DNA of 64,000 nucleotides from positions 1 to 64,000 of IMG/VR virus record IMGVR_UViG_3300017766_004544; one strand, 5' to 3'. The notes below the pieces were generated by a model. The model did no database searches, had not been told where the DNA came from, and saw only the letters and a list, made by a program, of their open reading frames with translations. Source of the stretch: a virus. Its lineage: Duplodnaviria > Caudoviricetes. A program made the position numbers and the translations under genes. Positions 36,147 through 46,786 of this stretch are shown here, one piece after another (within the stretch, counting starts at the first letter, position 1; each line of letters begins with the position of its first letter).

Positions 36147-37037
36147 TCAAGCGAAGTTCGGCGCCAACCGCGCCAATACCTCGGAACCCGACTTGACGTA
36201 ATAGACGAGCAGATCAATTGCACCGCTGGTACTGGTGATGCTCGGGGTGCCACTGCTGAATTTCCAGTAGCCCCCATAGCTGACGGTGTAGGGCCCGCCG
36301 CTGGCTGGCTGGATCAACTCCACGACTCCCGATTGCCCAGCGGCAAGACCTGTGGGATTGCCCAGCACGATGTTCTGGTCCAGCACGCAACTGAAGTAAT
36401 TGCCGCCACTGAAATCCGGCGTCACGGTGGCCGCGCTGACCAAGTTGACCACCGCGCCGCGCTGGGCGGCAGTGAACAGCTGAACTTGGTTCAACAAGGC
36501 CAGGGTGCCACTGGCATCGGGGATGCCGATGTCGCGATCAGCCGTAGGGTCCGCCACAACAAAACGGGTCTCGAAGCCGTTGGCGGTGGCTCCCTCGAAG
36601 CTGAGCTGGTAGCCCGCGCCGATCTCGACATTGCCACTGAAGATGCCGCCGCTCTGGGGCATCGCCGCGGAGGCCAGGTCGTAGGCGGCCTTGACCGCAT
36701 TGGGTGTTGCAGCTGTGGTTGTACTGGTACTACTGGTCGAATCCGTAAGCTGCAGAACACCTGCTCCTGTGGTCGAGCCGGCGACCACTCGCGCTGCATT
36801 GATTGTCTGCGTCGTCGCCTGATTGATCAGGTTGACCTGCACATCCGCTGTCAGCTCCGCCGGCGCTCCGCCAGTGCCGTAGCGACCCAGTACGGTGTTT
36901 GCCGACATGGGAGAGAACATCCCAAAATCCAGTGGCACGACTGGCCATGCTCCCGCCCCGACCGGATCGGCGAACAAACGCTGGTTGACGCGATCGACGT
37001 ATAGCGGCCTACGCTGAGGATCCGTATTGCCAGCCAT
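36147..37037 (-). CDS. Tail fibre-like protein
   Basis: GVLQLTDSTSSTSTTTAATPNAVKAAYDLA; FEGATANGFET; AAQRG domain. Confidence 0.8.
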   Translation of the reverse strand: MAGNTDPQRRPLYVDRVNQRLFADPVGAGAWPVVPLDFGMFSPMSANTVLGRYGTGGAPAELTADVQVNLINQATTQTINAARVVAGSTTGAGVLQLTDSTSSTSTTTAATPNAVKAAYDLASAAMPQSGGIFSGNVEIGAGYQLSFEGATANGFETRFVVADPTADRDIGIPDASGTLALLNQVQLFTAAQRGAVVNLVSAATVTPDFSGGNYFSCVLDQNIVLGNPTGLAAGQSGVVELIQPASGGPYTVSYGGYWKFSSGTPSITSTSGAIDLLVYYVKSGSEVLARLAPNFA

Positions 37038-37071
37038 TTCCGCCAGATTTTATCGCAATTCTAGGAAGCCC

Positions 37072-38480
37072 CTAAGGGACGATCACTGGGGCACCTGGGC
37101 TGCCGGGATCGACAAACTGCAAAACAGGAAATGCATTCCCACCAACCGTTACGGTACCTTCAAAGCTCTGGGTACCCGCATTAAAAATACGCAAATTCTG
37201 AGTACCGCGCTCTAGCCACCAGTCATTCTGACGGCACCAAACATCCAGGGGCTCTACCGAGTCGTTCCACAGCAGAGGGCGAGCATCTGGACGAATGGCA
37301 TCACGTGGATCGCCACCCGGGAACAGGATGATGCCAACCGCATCGGCCACCGTCATCGCGAAACGGTCCCAATTCACTTGCCGCAGCCGGAAGTAATCCA
37401 TGATCTCTTCCGAGGAATACCGCCTCTCCGCCTCTGCCTGGAATTCCAGGAACGCACGCTCGTCGCCAACGGGATAGTCATCCGGCTCGAGCCACGGCAC
37501 CCCACACTGCCAGCGAATCGAGTGGATGTGCTTGCACTCGCGCCGCTCGTCCCGCCGCCGAGGCAGTGTGCGCCACTGGCGGTAGTAGCCGACCCCCTGG
37601 CGCTCCCAGGCTGAGTTCACGTCCCGAGCGGCATTGGGCAGTGGGAACAGGTCCCGCCGCTGGCCCTTGTCCGGTCTCTCCAAGTTGGCGAGTGCGCCCC
37701 CGAGGTGGTCGGGGCAACAGCAGAAGAACTTGAATGACGAGCACAGATAGCGCGATCCGTCCCCTTTCCAACTGATCGGGGCACTCGGGTCGTACGGCAG
37801 GTTGTCCCAGTACACCCGGCCATTGCGCTGCAGGCGCCCCGCCGGACGGGACAGATCAAAGGTCAGCGTCGATCCGGCGACATTCACTGCTGTCAGTGTC
37901 AGGGCCACACTGCCGGCATCGCGTTCGACCAGGCCGCCGGGGTAGCTGGGCCCGCTCGCAGAGTCCTCGAATTGATCGCCGATGAAAATCGAGAACACCC
38001 CAAGCTGGGCGCTGGACAGGATTCCACTGACATTGAGCGTCAGCGTATGGGTGCTTGGGTCACTGCCAGTGGTATTCAGCGTGATCCGGGCAGCTGTGAT
38101 CGGTTGCGGCAGGATGATCGACCCTCGCGTTCGGCAACTCGCATACCAGGCCTTCTCCGGCGAGGTGGCGCTTGGGAACAGCGTCGTCACCTCCTTGGAG
38201 GTGCCATCGACGGCCCCTGTCACGAAGCGGGCAAGGCTGTAGATCTGGTAGTCACCCCAGCTCCGACCTGTTCCAAAGAAGTATTCCTGGCCCAGGCGCC
38301 AGCGCTTGTAATCGCTTTCTCGGTTATAGGACTCGAGGATCGTGGGATAAGCCGTGCTGCCGTACTCGCCAAGCCCGGCTCCCTTGGAGGGATAGATCCC
38401 ATCGGCGCGGCGCTTGGCCGCCCGATTGAGGGACGGCGGCTGCATGCCACGGTCCAGCCTGTCGCCGCTCCGGCGCGGCA

Positions 38481-38481
<1 letters not shown>
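37072..38481 (-). CDS. Hypothetical protein with SWIM-like Zn motif
   Basis: CCCPDH...ECKHIH. Confidence 0.7.
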
Positions 38482-39533
<1,052 letters not shown>

Positions 39534-39541
39534 GATCTAGG

Positions 39542-40081
39542 TCAGAAGAAGCCGCCCTGCGCGAAAACATGTACGCGTGTTGCCGCACTGGGAGCCGACA
39601 GCGCTGCACTCACTCCCACGTACACCAGCGCAGTCGAGGGTACGTACAGGCCAGTATTTTTCTTGTCCGTCTCGGTTGGATAAGTGGCCATGGTCGCGGC
39701 GGGCGACGCCAGGTTTGGCACCGGGACCGATAGTGCTGGCAGAGAGATGTTGACGCGCTGGCCTGCGGTATTACCTGCGGGGATTGCAACGCTGGCGACG
39801 CATGCCGTATTCAGTGCTGAAACCGAGGCTGTCGTTGCAGCCGTACTCAGGAACACCAGGACTGTGCTGGCGGTTGTCGATGCTTCCGTGATGACCACCG
39901 ACAGCGAATCGATGACGCCGCCATCATTGGAACTGCAGTCAACCAGTAGCGCGCATCCGGCTCCGCTGGGTGTGTTGAAATTCGTCGCTGTGGTCAGAGC
40001 AGCCGTACCGCCGATCGTTGCAAATGAATGCAACGGGCGATCGACCAGCAAGGGCATTTTGTTGCTTGAGCTTGTTGCCAA
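39542..40081 (-). CDS. Putative tail/structural protein
   Basis: A/T/S-rich beta-type ORF; TAGACT box upstream. Confidence 0.7.
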   Translation of the reverse strand: MATSSSNKMPLLVDRPLHSFATIGGTAALTTATNFNTPSGAGCALLVDCSSNDGGVIDSLSVVITEASTTASTVLVFLSTAATTASVSALNTACVASVAIPAGNTAGQRVNISLPALSVPVPNLASPAATMATYPTETDKKNTGLYVPSTALVYVGVSAALSAPSAATRVHVFAQGGFF

Positions 40082-40141
40082 TCTCTACCCCCGAGGCGTC
40101 AGCCAGACTGCAAGACCTGCATTGCAGTCTAACCGTGACAA

Positions 40142-40660
40142 TCAGGCAGGCTTTGGTACGTTTCGCTTGGGCCCACTGCCCAGGGAAACGCCAGTCGACA
40201 TCCCCAGGGACTGCGCGGGTTCGGCAGCTGCCGGGGCAGAGGGCCTTTTCTGCATGGCGCCATCAATCTGAGCCAAGCGGCTCCCTGCGCCAAAGCCATA
40301 TCCCGGAGTACGCGGTTGGTCGGCGGCGCCCTTGGTTGGGGCGGCGGCGGCGACCAGGCTGGCAGCAGGGGGCGGGGTTGTCAGGGTCGGCTCCTCTTGG
40401 CGCATGAATTGACGACCGTCGCCATAGGGGCTGGCGTAGGTGGTCAGGCCATCTGCAATCGCGTCGTATCGAAACTCCGAGGGCTTTGCCTTGGCGGCAT
40501 AGAAGTTGTTCGGGTTAGTGGGCACCATGCCTGAGGCAGCCGTGAAATCACGGCTGATCTCACGCCCCATGGCCCGGTCCTCGTACCAATGGCCTTCCTG
40601 CGGTGTCTCGCCACGGACTTCGCCCGTGTTGTAGCGACCTTGCGGATGACGGCTGTTCAT
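40142..40660 (-). CDS. Hypothetical virion-region protein
   Basis: 172-aa ORF. Confidence 0.6.
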   Translation of the reverse strand: MNSRHPQGRYNTGEVRGETPQEGHWYEDRAMGREISRDFTAASGMVPTNPNNFYAAKAKPSEFRYDAIADGLTTYASPYGDGRQFMRQEEPTLTTPPPAASLVAAAAPTKGAADQPRTPGYGFGAGSRLAQIDGAMQKRPSAPAAAEPAQSLGMSTGVSLGSGPKRNVPKPA

Positions 40661-40663
40661 GGC

Positions 40664-41917
40664 TCAGTAACCCAGGCGAGCGGTTCGGGTGCGCAGGCCA
40701 TCGACGTAACGGCGGGCCAGCTCGTCGGCAGGATTGGGCTTGTTGCCAGGCGCATCCGGCTGCGAGGGCTCGACACCTACCTCTCCTGCTGCGGCACTGG
40801 TCGGCTGCAGAGTCGGGCCACTGCCTGTGCCGGTCGCAACTGCCTGGGCGGCTGCAGGCTGACCCAGGGAGGCGAACTGCCGGTTCAATTCAGGGCTGCT
40901 GAACGGCTCGGCGATTTCCATCTCGGCACCCGCTGCCGGAGTGATGGCCGCCTTGGCCGTCTGGGCCCAGTTCACACCCATGTCGACCTGCGGCTGCATC
41001 GATTCCGGCAGCACGCGCGCCAGGGTGCCATCGGCAGCTTGCTGGAAGATGCGCTGCGTCAGGGCTGCATTCTCCCGGCCCTGGATCTCGGCCACCCCAG
41101 CCTGCGCTTGCTGAAGTGCCGTTCCGTCGTAGCCAACGAGCCCCTTCATGCCGGCCTGCACCGCACTTGCCGCATCGGTGGGCATCGCAATGCGCTCCGC
41201 ACCGACGGCCAGTGCGGTGCCAGCCTCGCCCGGTGCATCGAGCAGACCCCGCTTGCCCTGCTCTTCCAGGAAGCGATCGACGATGTTCTTGCCATCTACA
41301 CCTTTGGGCGCGTTCTGGTTGGCGGCAATCCATGCCTGGATGTCAGCGCGCTGGGCGTAACCGGCTGTTCCGGCCTTGGGGCCCGTCTTGGCGGCCTCGG
41401 CCAGGGCGGCCCCCGTCTGGCCTTGCCAATAGTTCTGCGGCGCGTACTGCTGCGCCATCGCGGTCAGGTTTGAGTCACGAGCGCGCTGAGCGGGGTCCCC
41501 GTATGCAGCCGGGGCACCAAGACCAGGGGCGGGGCGAGGATCTCTGCTCTCTGATCCCTCCCGTCTGTCGATCGTGGGGGGCGCAGATCCCTCGCCCATC
41601 CGGGCCTTGTAGATACCGAGCTGTCCTTCCCGTGCCCGGATCGCGTCGTCGGCTGCTTGCATCTGCCTGGCATTGGCAGCCATTCCCTGATCTAGCGCTT
41701 CGCTGTAGCCGGGGATCCACCCCAGCAAGCCCTTGTTGACCCGTCCCTGCCAGAGATTGTCATTCGCCTGCTGACGAATCGCGCGGGCGCTGGACAGCAT
41801 CTGCTCGGTCTGACCCCGTGCGCTGCGGGTCTTTGCCGATGCGGCAGCGTCGTTGTAGTTCCGATGGGTTCTCCCCTGGTCATCTACGTAGCGACCGTCC
41901 GGAAGCTTGTAACCCAC
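40664..41917 (-). CDS. Putative internal virion protein
   Basis: 417 aa, A/Q/G-rich. Confidence 0.65.
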   Translation of the reverse strand: MGYKLPDGRYVDDQGRTHRNYNDAAASAKTRSARGQTEQMLSSARAIRQQANDNLWQGRVNKGLLGWIPGYSEALDQGMAANARQMQAADDAIRAREGQLGIYKARMGEGSAPPTIDRREGSESRDPRPAPGLGAPAAYGDPAQRARDSNLTAMAQQYAPQNYWQGQTGAALAEAAKTGPKAGTAGYAQRADIQAWIAANQNAPKGVDGKNIVDRFLEEQGKRGLLDAPGEAGTALAVGAERIAMPTDAASAVQAGMKGLVGYDGTALQQAQAGVAEIQGRENAALTQRIFQQAADGTLARVLPESMQPQVDMGVNWAQTAKAAITPAAGAEMEIAEPFSSPELNRQFASLGQPAAAQAVATGTGSGPTLQPTSAAAGEVGVEPSQPDAPGNKPNPADELARRYVDGLRTRTARLGY

Positions 41918-41920
41918 TGT

Positions 41921-42406
41921 TTACCTCCAGTTCATGGAACCTGTTGCCTGAAGGACGCGAGTTCCCACGGCAGTATCTGCTGGGCCCGGGACGGCCATGA
42001 TGAATTCCACGCCAGCACGCTCAAAGGCGTAACGGCGGACCTCCTCGCGGCGATAGTTCGCCACGTAGAGGGTTTCGGCTAGCAGGTCCACTTCCCGCAG
42101 GTAGACCTCCCGGTAGTCCTTGGCCGCCTTGAGCGGATCGGACTGATAGATCGCGCGATCTGTGTCCCCAGTGATGCGCTCAATGCGGCTCGGCTGGGGC
42201 TGATCCTCGACCCGGAAGATTTGAGAAATCCGGTAGGCCTTGTCGCAGCGATCCAGATGCTCGATTATCCGGCTATAGAAATAGCTATCGGGTACGCGAG
42301 CCATCGCTTCCTCGAGGCGGGCAATGTCACCCGCCGGCAAGTTGGCCCCGACGTTGTAGCCGAGGTGAAAGCGACAACGGCTTTTGTCGTAATCGTTGAG
42401 TTCGAT
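41921..42406 (-). CDS. Putative head-tail adaptor, probable ATC start
   Basis: Frame continues upstream of the ORF-track TTG as (M)ELNDYDKSRCRFHLGY; in-frame TAG shortly upstream. Confidence 0.7.
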   Translation of the reverse strand: MELNDYDKSRCRFHLGYNVGANLPAGDIARLEEAMARVPDSYFYSRIIEHLDRCDKAYRISQIFRVEDQPQPSRIERITGDTDRAIYQSDPLKAAKDYREVYLREVDLLAETLYVANYRREEVRRYAFERAGVEFIMAVPGPADTAVGTRVLQATGSMNWR

Positions 42407-42442
42407 TGGACTGACCGCCGACCTTGACTGATTCTAGGATTC

Positions 42443-42874
42443 TCAGCCGACGTAGATCAGATCGGCACCGATCACCTCGTCCCAATCCACGCGGCCAATG
42501 CGCTTGAGCTGGTCAAGATTAGAGAAGCGTTCACCCGACAGACTCAGACGCAGCTCCACAATCTTCTTGGCGGTGCTGTAGCCAATGCCCTTGACGACTT
42601 TCGCAATCGCTTCAGCAGAGGCGGTATTGATGTTCAGGCGGGTGTCCACCGGAATCACGCTCTCGGGCACGGCATCCTCATCGGCAGGCTGCTCAGCGGA
42701 TTGCGGCTTGGGGCCATCGCCAACACGCCCCTTGCCAGGCTCGTAGGCCACAAGGTCGGCGAGGGCGAGATACTGCACCGCGCCAGCGGAATTGCGGATC
42801 ATGGCCCAGTCCTTGTCGTGGTGGGCGATGAACTCAACGATCTGACCGTTCTTGGTGTTCTGGTACAGCGCCAT
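42443..42874 (-). CDS. ComEA-like helix-hairpin-helix DNA-binding protein
   Basis: RLNINTASAE..KGIG..TAKKIVE.R..F..LDQL. Confidence 0.82.
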   Translation of the reverse strand: MALYQNTKNGQIVEFIAHHDKDWAMIRNSAGAVQYLALADLVAYEPGKGRVGDGPKPQSAEQPADEDAVPESVIPVDTRLNINTASAEAIAKVVKGIGYSTAKKIVELRLSLSGERFSNLDQLKRIGRVDWDEVIGADLIYVG

Positions 42875-42885
42875 AACGCACAGAC

Positions 42886-42916
42886 AAAAAAGGGCGCCTG
42901 TTCAAACAGACGCCCT
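42886..42916 (-). terminator. Terminator after capsid operon
   Basis: Minus strand AGGGCGTCTGT-TTGA-ACAGGCGCCCT-TTTTT. Confidence 0.85.
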
Positions 42917-42948
42917 CATTGTAGGGACAAACCCTCAGATCACAGAGA

Positions 42949-43587
42949 TCAGGACTCGGTGATGTAGGGGATGCTCACGTCATTCAGCTCGGCCACGGCA
43001 TCGTCGAGGTAGTAAGCCACCTCGCAGATGATGGGGGTGCCACCAGTCAGGCTGGAGGTCAGGGTCGAGCCGGCTGCGGTGCCGGCGCTGCTGGTCACGA
43101 AGACCTTCAGGGTTTCGGCGCCAGTCAGTGCCACAGGAGTGATCACAGACTTGCTGGCAGCCACGGGGGCCACGGTGCCGCTAGCCACGGCGATGGTGGC
43201 GCTGTTGGTCGACAGAGTTGTCGCGGTCAGCGCATCATCGTTGCCGATGGCGTCAGCCAGCTTGATCCGGTTGGTGTTGGTGCCAACCAGGCCAGAGAAG
43301 GCGGTGCCCACGCCACGGTCCTTACGCAGGTCAGGCACACGCACGCCCAGGTAGTAGACGTTGGCGCCAGCAGGCAGGGTCAGGCCAGTGATGTCAGCAC
43401 GGGCCTTGTCATCACCGCGCTTATCGGGCGAGGGGATGATCACATCGAAGCTGGTGCCGCCGGTGGCGTTAACCAGGGCGTAGCCAGTGATGTGGTAGTA
43501 CACACGGCCGGGCAGGCAAACCGCGGGCTGGCCCTGGTAGGAGCTCAGGCGGTTGACGTAGTTGCCGGGGTAGATCTTCTTAGCCAT
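42949..43587 (-). CDS. Putative capsid decoration/minor capsid protein
   Basis: Directly downstream of MCP; T/A/G-rich. Confidence 0.65.
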   Translation of the reverse strand: MAKKIYPGNYVNRLSSYQGQPAVCLPGRVYYHITGYALVNATGGTSFDVIIPSPDKRGDDKARADITGLTLPAGANVYYLGVRVPDLRKDRGVGTAFSGLVGTNTNRIKLADAIGNDDALTATTLSTNSATIAVASGTVAPVAASKSVITPVALTGAETLKVFVTSSAGTAAGSTLTSSLTGGTPIICEVAYYLDDAVAELNDVSIPYITES

Positions 43588-43603
43588 AGTTCGTTACCTC
43601 CTA

Positions 43604-44328
43604 TCAGTACACGAACGAGTAGGCCACGGTCACGAAGTCCTTGTTCAGGATCTCGAAACCGGCGAAGAGCGACCAAATCATGATGATAAAGCGACTGAAA
43701 TCGTCGTTATTATTCAACAAGATCTGAGCGTTGTTGCCGCCGATGCCAACGCCCACGGCCTGAGGACCGAAGAACAGCATCGGAGCAGCGGTGGTCACGG
43801 CGCTGGTGATAGAGGCATCAGCGATCGTGACCTGCAGGCTCTTCTCGGGTAGGTTGGTGCTCTCGAACCAACGGACGCCCTCAAAGAGGAAGCCCGAGGG
43901 CATCACGGCCTGGCCTGCCACGAAGCCGGCTTGACCGTAAGCAGGGCCCATGCCACGGAAGAAGCTGGCATTGGGGGCCAGTTCGGGCTGCATGGGGTTG
44001 ACCATGCCATTGCCTGCATAACGAGCGATCTCACGGAACGCATCGTTCTGACGCAGGTGCATCATTGCGGTGGGGTCCGCGATGCAGCGGTAGTACCCAT
44101 CGGCGAAGGTGGGCACGTTGCGCTTACGCATGTCCTTCACGACCTCGAGGAGGTCGGTCTTGACATCGAACTTGGCGGATTCGCCAGCTGCGTAGGTCAG
44201 GAAGGGGGCAGAAGCTGCCTTGGCCTTCTTCAGGGGGTAGAAGTAACCACCCTTGGTGCTGTCAGCTGCGCCATTGGCTTCAGCTTTGAAGAGTTCGTCG
44301 GCAAAAACCCGGTCACGCCAGCGCCTGT
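43604..44328 (-). CDS. Major capsid protein, exon 2
   Basis: (Y)RRWRDRVFADELFK...FEGVRWFESTN..FGPQAVGVG; joins exon 1 in frame (418+725=1143 nt, 380 aa). Confidence 0.88.
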
Positions 44329-45525
44329 CACTGCTGCCCCGAAGGGCCGCGAGGCTCTTTATCCTCGCGCTTGCTCTTTGTCATCGAGCAAGGTTAGACT
44401 ATATCTTCACCATCCTTGAACTTCTGAAGACCCCCTTGAACGCGTTGGCGCGCGAGGCGCTTGACGCGCTGACCGATTCACTCTCCGACAAGGAGATTGG
44501 CGAGCTCTATGGCCTGTCGAGGACGGCGGCCACCCATCATCGCAAAGCCGCTGGTGTGCGGTCGTTTGCTCAGAAGCACGGTCGACGCAGGTACGCCGAC
44601 AGTTACGAGCGAAAACCTGGAGCCCAACGCGCCGTCAGCTATCGCCGCGAGATTCGCGAAGATTTCTTTCGCCAGATTGATACCCCCGAGAAGGCGTACT
44701 GGCTGGGCTTCCTTTCGGCCGATGGCTGGATTGTCACCGAGAAAGGCGCCTTGAGGGGCGTTGGCCTTGCTCTGCATGAGAGAGATCAGGGCATCTTGGA
44801 GCAATACGCCCAAAGCGTTGGGTTCCCCGGCCCTCCCACTCGGGCTCGAGCAGGCTCACCGCTAATGCAGGTGAAGTTCACGAGTCCGGCCATGGCCGCG
44901 GATCTCGTGGCCCATGGGGTCACTCCCAGGAAATCTCGCACAATTACGTGGCCCGAGCTACAGAGTCGCCTACTCCGCCATTACGCCAGAGGCGTATTTG
45001 ACGGCGATGGGTCAGTCGGGCGACGCCCGAATGGCTCTCTGGCAGCGCAGCTCACGACGGCAAGCGAGGCGTTCGCATATGGCTTCAAGTCGTGGGCCGA
45101 CCCCGCCCTACCCCGGGAGACCTCCGTGGGTAAAGACAGGAATACCCACGTCTTGCGCTGGTACGCCGATAACGCCCTTGCTTTCGCCGGGCTCCTCTAC
45201 GAGGGCACGACATCCGAGCGCTTGCGACTGGAGCGCAAGTACAGGGTCTTCTTCAGTTGACAAGGTGCAGGTGCGGGGCACTCGTGGGTCCGTTACCGAG
45301 TTTCCTCTCGGGACCTAGTCGTTGAACCTTCCGGCTTGTTGGCCGGATTGGCTGCTGATTACCCATGCGGCGTCAGGATTTTTAAGCGTTCACGATTGCC
45401 CTTCCGGGCTGCGTTGTAGCTCCTGAACCTATTCCGACCGCTGGCGTGATCGGGAAGGGCTTCCAGCAATTCACCCCGTGTTGCCCTAGGCGTTTCCGCC
45501 TAGGCGACCACAAGCCTTTCGGCCG
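44329..45525 (-). ncRNA. Group I self-splicing intron (IA-like), 1197 nt
   Basis: 5' exon ends in U, intron ends in G; P1 GACU/GGUC, P10 CUUGU/ACAGG; P UUGCUGGAAG, Q AAUCAGCAGCC, R GUUCAACGACUAG, S AAGAUAUAGUC; P3 CGGGGUG/UGCCCCG; P9 hairpins. Confidence 0.93.
44436..45260 (+). CDS. Intron-encoded double-motif LAGLIDADG homing endonuclease, antisense to host gene
   Basis: AYWLGFLSADG and ARGVFDGDG; N-terminal HTH-like segment; start uncertain (TTG 44436 or 44445). Confidence 0.88.
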   Translation: MNALAREALDALTDSLSDKEIGELYGLSRTAATHHRKAAGVRSFAQKHGRRRYADSYERKPGAQRAVSYRREIREDFFRQIDTPEKAYWLGFLSADGWIVTEKGALRGVGLALHERDQGILEQYAQSVGFPGPPTRARAGSPLMQVKFTSPAMAADLVAHGVTPRKSRTITWPELQSRLLRHYARGVFDGDGSVGRRPNGSLAAQLTTASEAFAYGFKSWADPALPRETSVGKDRNTHVLRWYADNALAFAGLLYEGTTSERLRLERKYRVFFS

Positions 45526-45943
45526 AGTCATCCAGCAGAGTCAGCGAACCGATCGACTGGTGGAAAACATTCAGGTTGCCGGTGTCCAGCAGCAGGCGCT
45601 GGGCAGTCAGCAGGGTTTCCCGGGCCACCTTGAAGGTGGAGGGGGCGGAAGTATCGGTCGGATCAGCGGGGCCGGTGTACTCCTTGAGAGTCACCAGCAC
45701 CTTATCCTTCACGATCGAGCGCGAAGATGCAGTGCCGAGGGTCTGATCAGCGGTACGCTCACGGCTGTCCTTGGTGCCAGGGGCACCCCAGAAGCGGTAG
45801 CGGTCAAGCTGAACAGTCTGGCCGGGTTGCTTGGCGAAGTCGTGCACAACCACGGGCTCGACCGCCATCTCCACGATGTACGAGGGATGGGGCCGATAGA
45901 GCTCGGCACCTAGCAGCTTCGGAAAGTCATTGTCAATCCACAT
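45526..45943 (-). CDS. Major capsid protein, exon 1
   Basis: MWIDNDFPKLLGAELYRPHP...IGSLTLLDD; position between scaffold/portal and decoration gene. Confidence 0.88.
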
Positions 45944-46024
45944 GGGATGAAATGTCCGAGCGACAAGTGTGCGAGAAGGCACGCAAGGCGCCTCCTGGGG
46001 CTTACTATAAAACAGTCTCGTAGT

Positions 46025-46786
46025 GTGAAAAAGTTGGACGCCACAGACGTCCGGGGCCTGCTCAGCTTGTTGCTTGCTGATGGCAGTTTGGTGCCATATC
46101 GCAGTCCTGGAGGGGGATATATCCAGCTCACGCTGACAGCCGGCGCAGCGGAGTCCGCGTTTCTCGAGGAGAAGGTCGCCGAATTCCGCCAATTTGTGCC
46201 GACGCAGGCGCAGATTGTTCACTACAAAACCAAGCCGCGCGCCAACGGCCAGAGCACCTCGGTGCTGCGCTTTCGGGTGTCATCGACTCGCCTGCGCCCC
46301 GTCTACAACTTGCTCTACCCAACCGGGGAGCGTGAGATCAGCCAGACCGCACTCGACATGCTGGGCGCTCAAGCCGCTGCCTGGCTCTGGGCAGAAGGGG
46401 CACGGCTGCACCCAGAGGGCTACGTCGATCTTGCCCGGGTCGGCAGGACCTTCGATGAGGCCCTGCGGGTCTGCCAGTGGATTGGAGTCTTGACCGGCGC
46501 GGAGGCAACGCTGGCCGATACCCACATCCAGCCTCGCCTGCGCTTCCAAAGGCGTGAGGCCAGCAAGATCCGCAAGGCCCTGCTGCCCTACGCACCGGCG
46601 AGTCGCATTCACTTATTCAAAGAGGAAGTCTGGGATGTCAGCCTCATTCGTAGCGCTCGCACTGAGCTACTGCTTGGGGAGGGGGACCCTTGGCCTCAAG
46701 GGGGCGAAGAAGCGGCCGTGGCTCGAGATCAAACGCCGGGAGACGGACTTGACCTACCTGAACCACCAACTGCGCATGCTCCATAA
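46025..46786 (+). CDS. Free-standing LAGLIDADG_2-like protein A
   Basis: LLSLLLADGSL and AAWLWAEG; start GTG 46025 assumed. Confidence 0.75.
   Translation: MKKLDATDVRGLLSLLLADGSLVPYRSPGGGYIQLTLTAGAAESAFLEEKVAEFRQFVPTQAQIVHYKTKPRANGQSTSVLRFRVSSTRLRPVYNLLYPTGEREISQTALDMLGAQAAAWLWAEGARLHPEGYVDLARVGRTFDEALRVCQWIGVLTGAEATLADTHIQPRLRFQRREASKIRKALLPYAPASRIHLFKEEVWDVSLIRSARTELLLGEGDPWPQGGEEAAVARDQTPGDGLDLPEPPTAHAP

Noticed and set aside
44253-44435. N-terminal extension of the LAGLIDADG ORF, or an intein
   Set aside because: This stretch is antisense to MCP exon 2 and intron P9/P7; the ORF is on the opposite strand and has no intein splice residues
45500-46222. 240-aa ORF and separate 43604..44140 ORF as two genes, or a frameshifted capsid pseudogene
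   Set aside because: They are exon 1 (true start 45943) and part of exon 2 of one intron-split MCP
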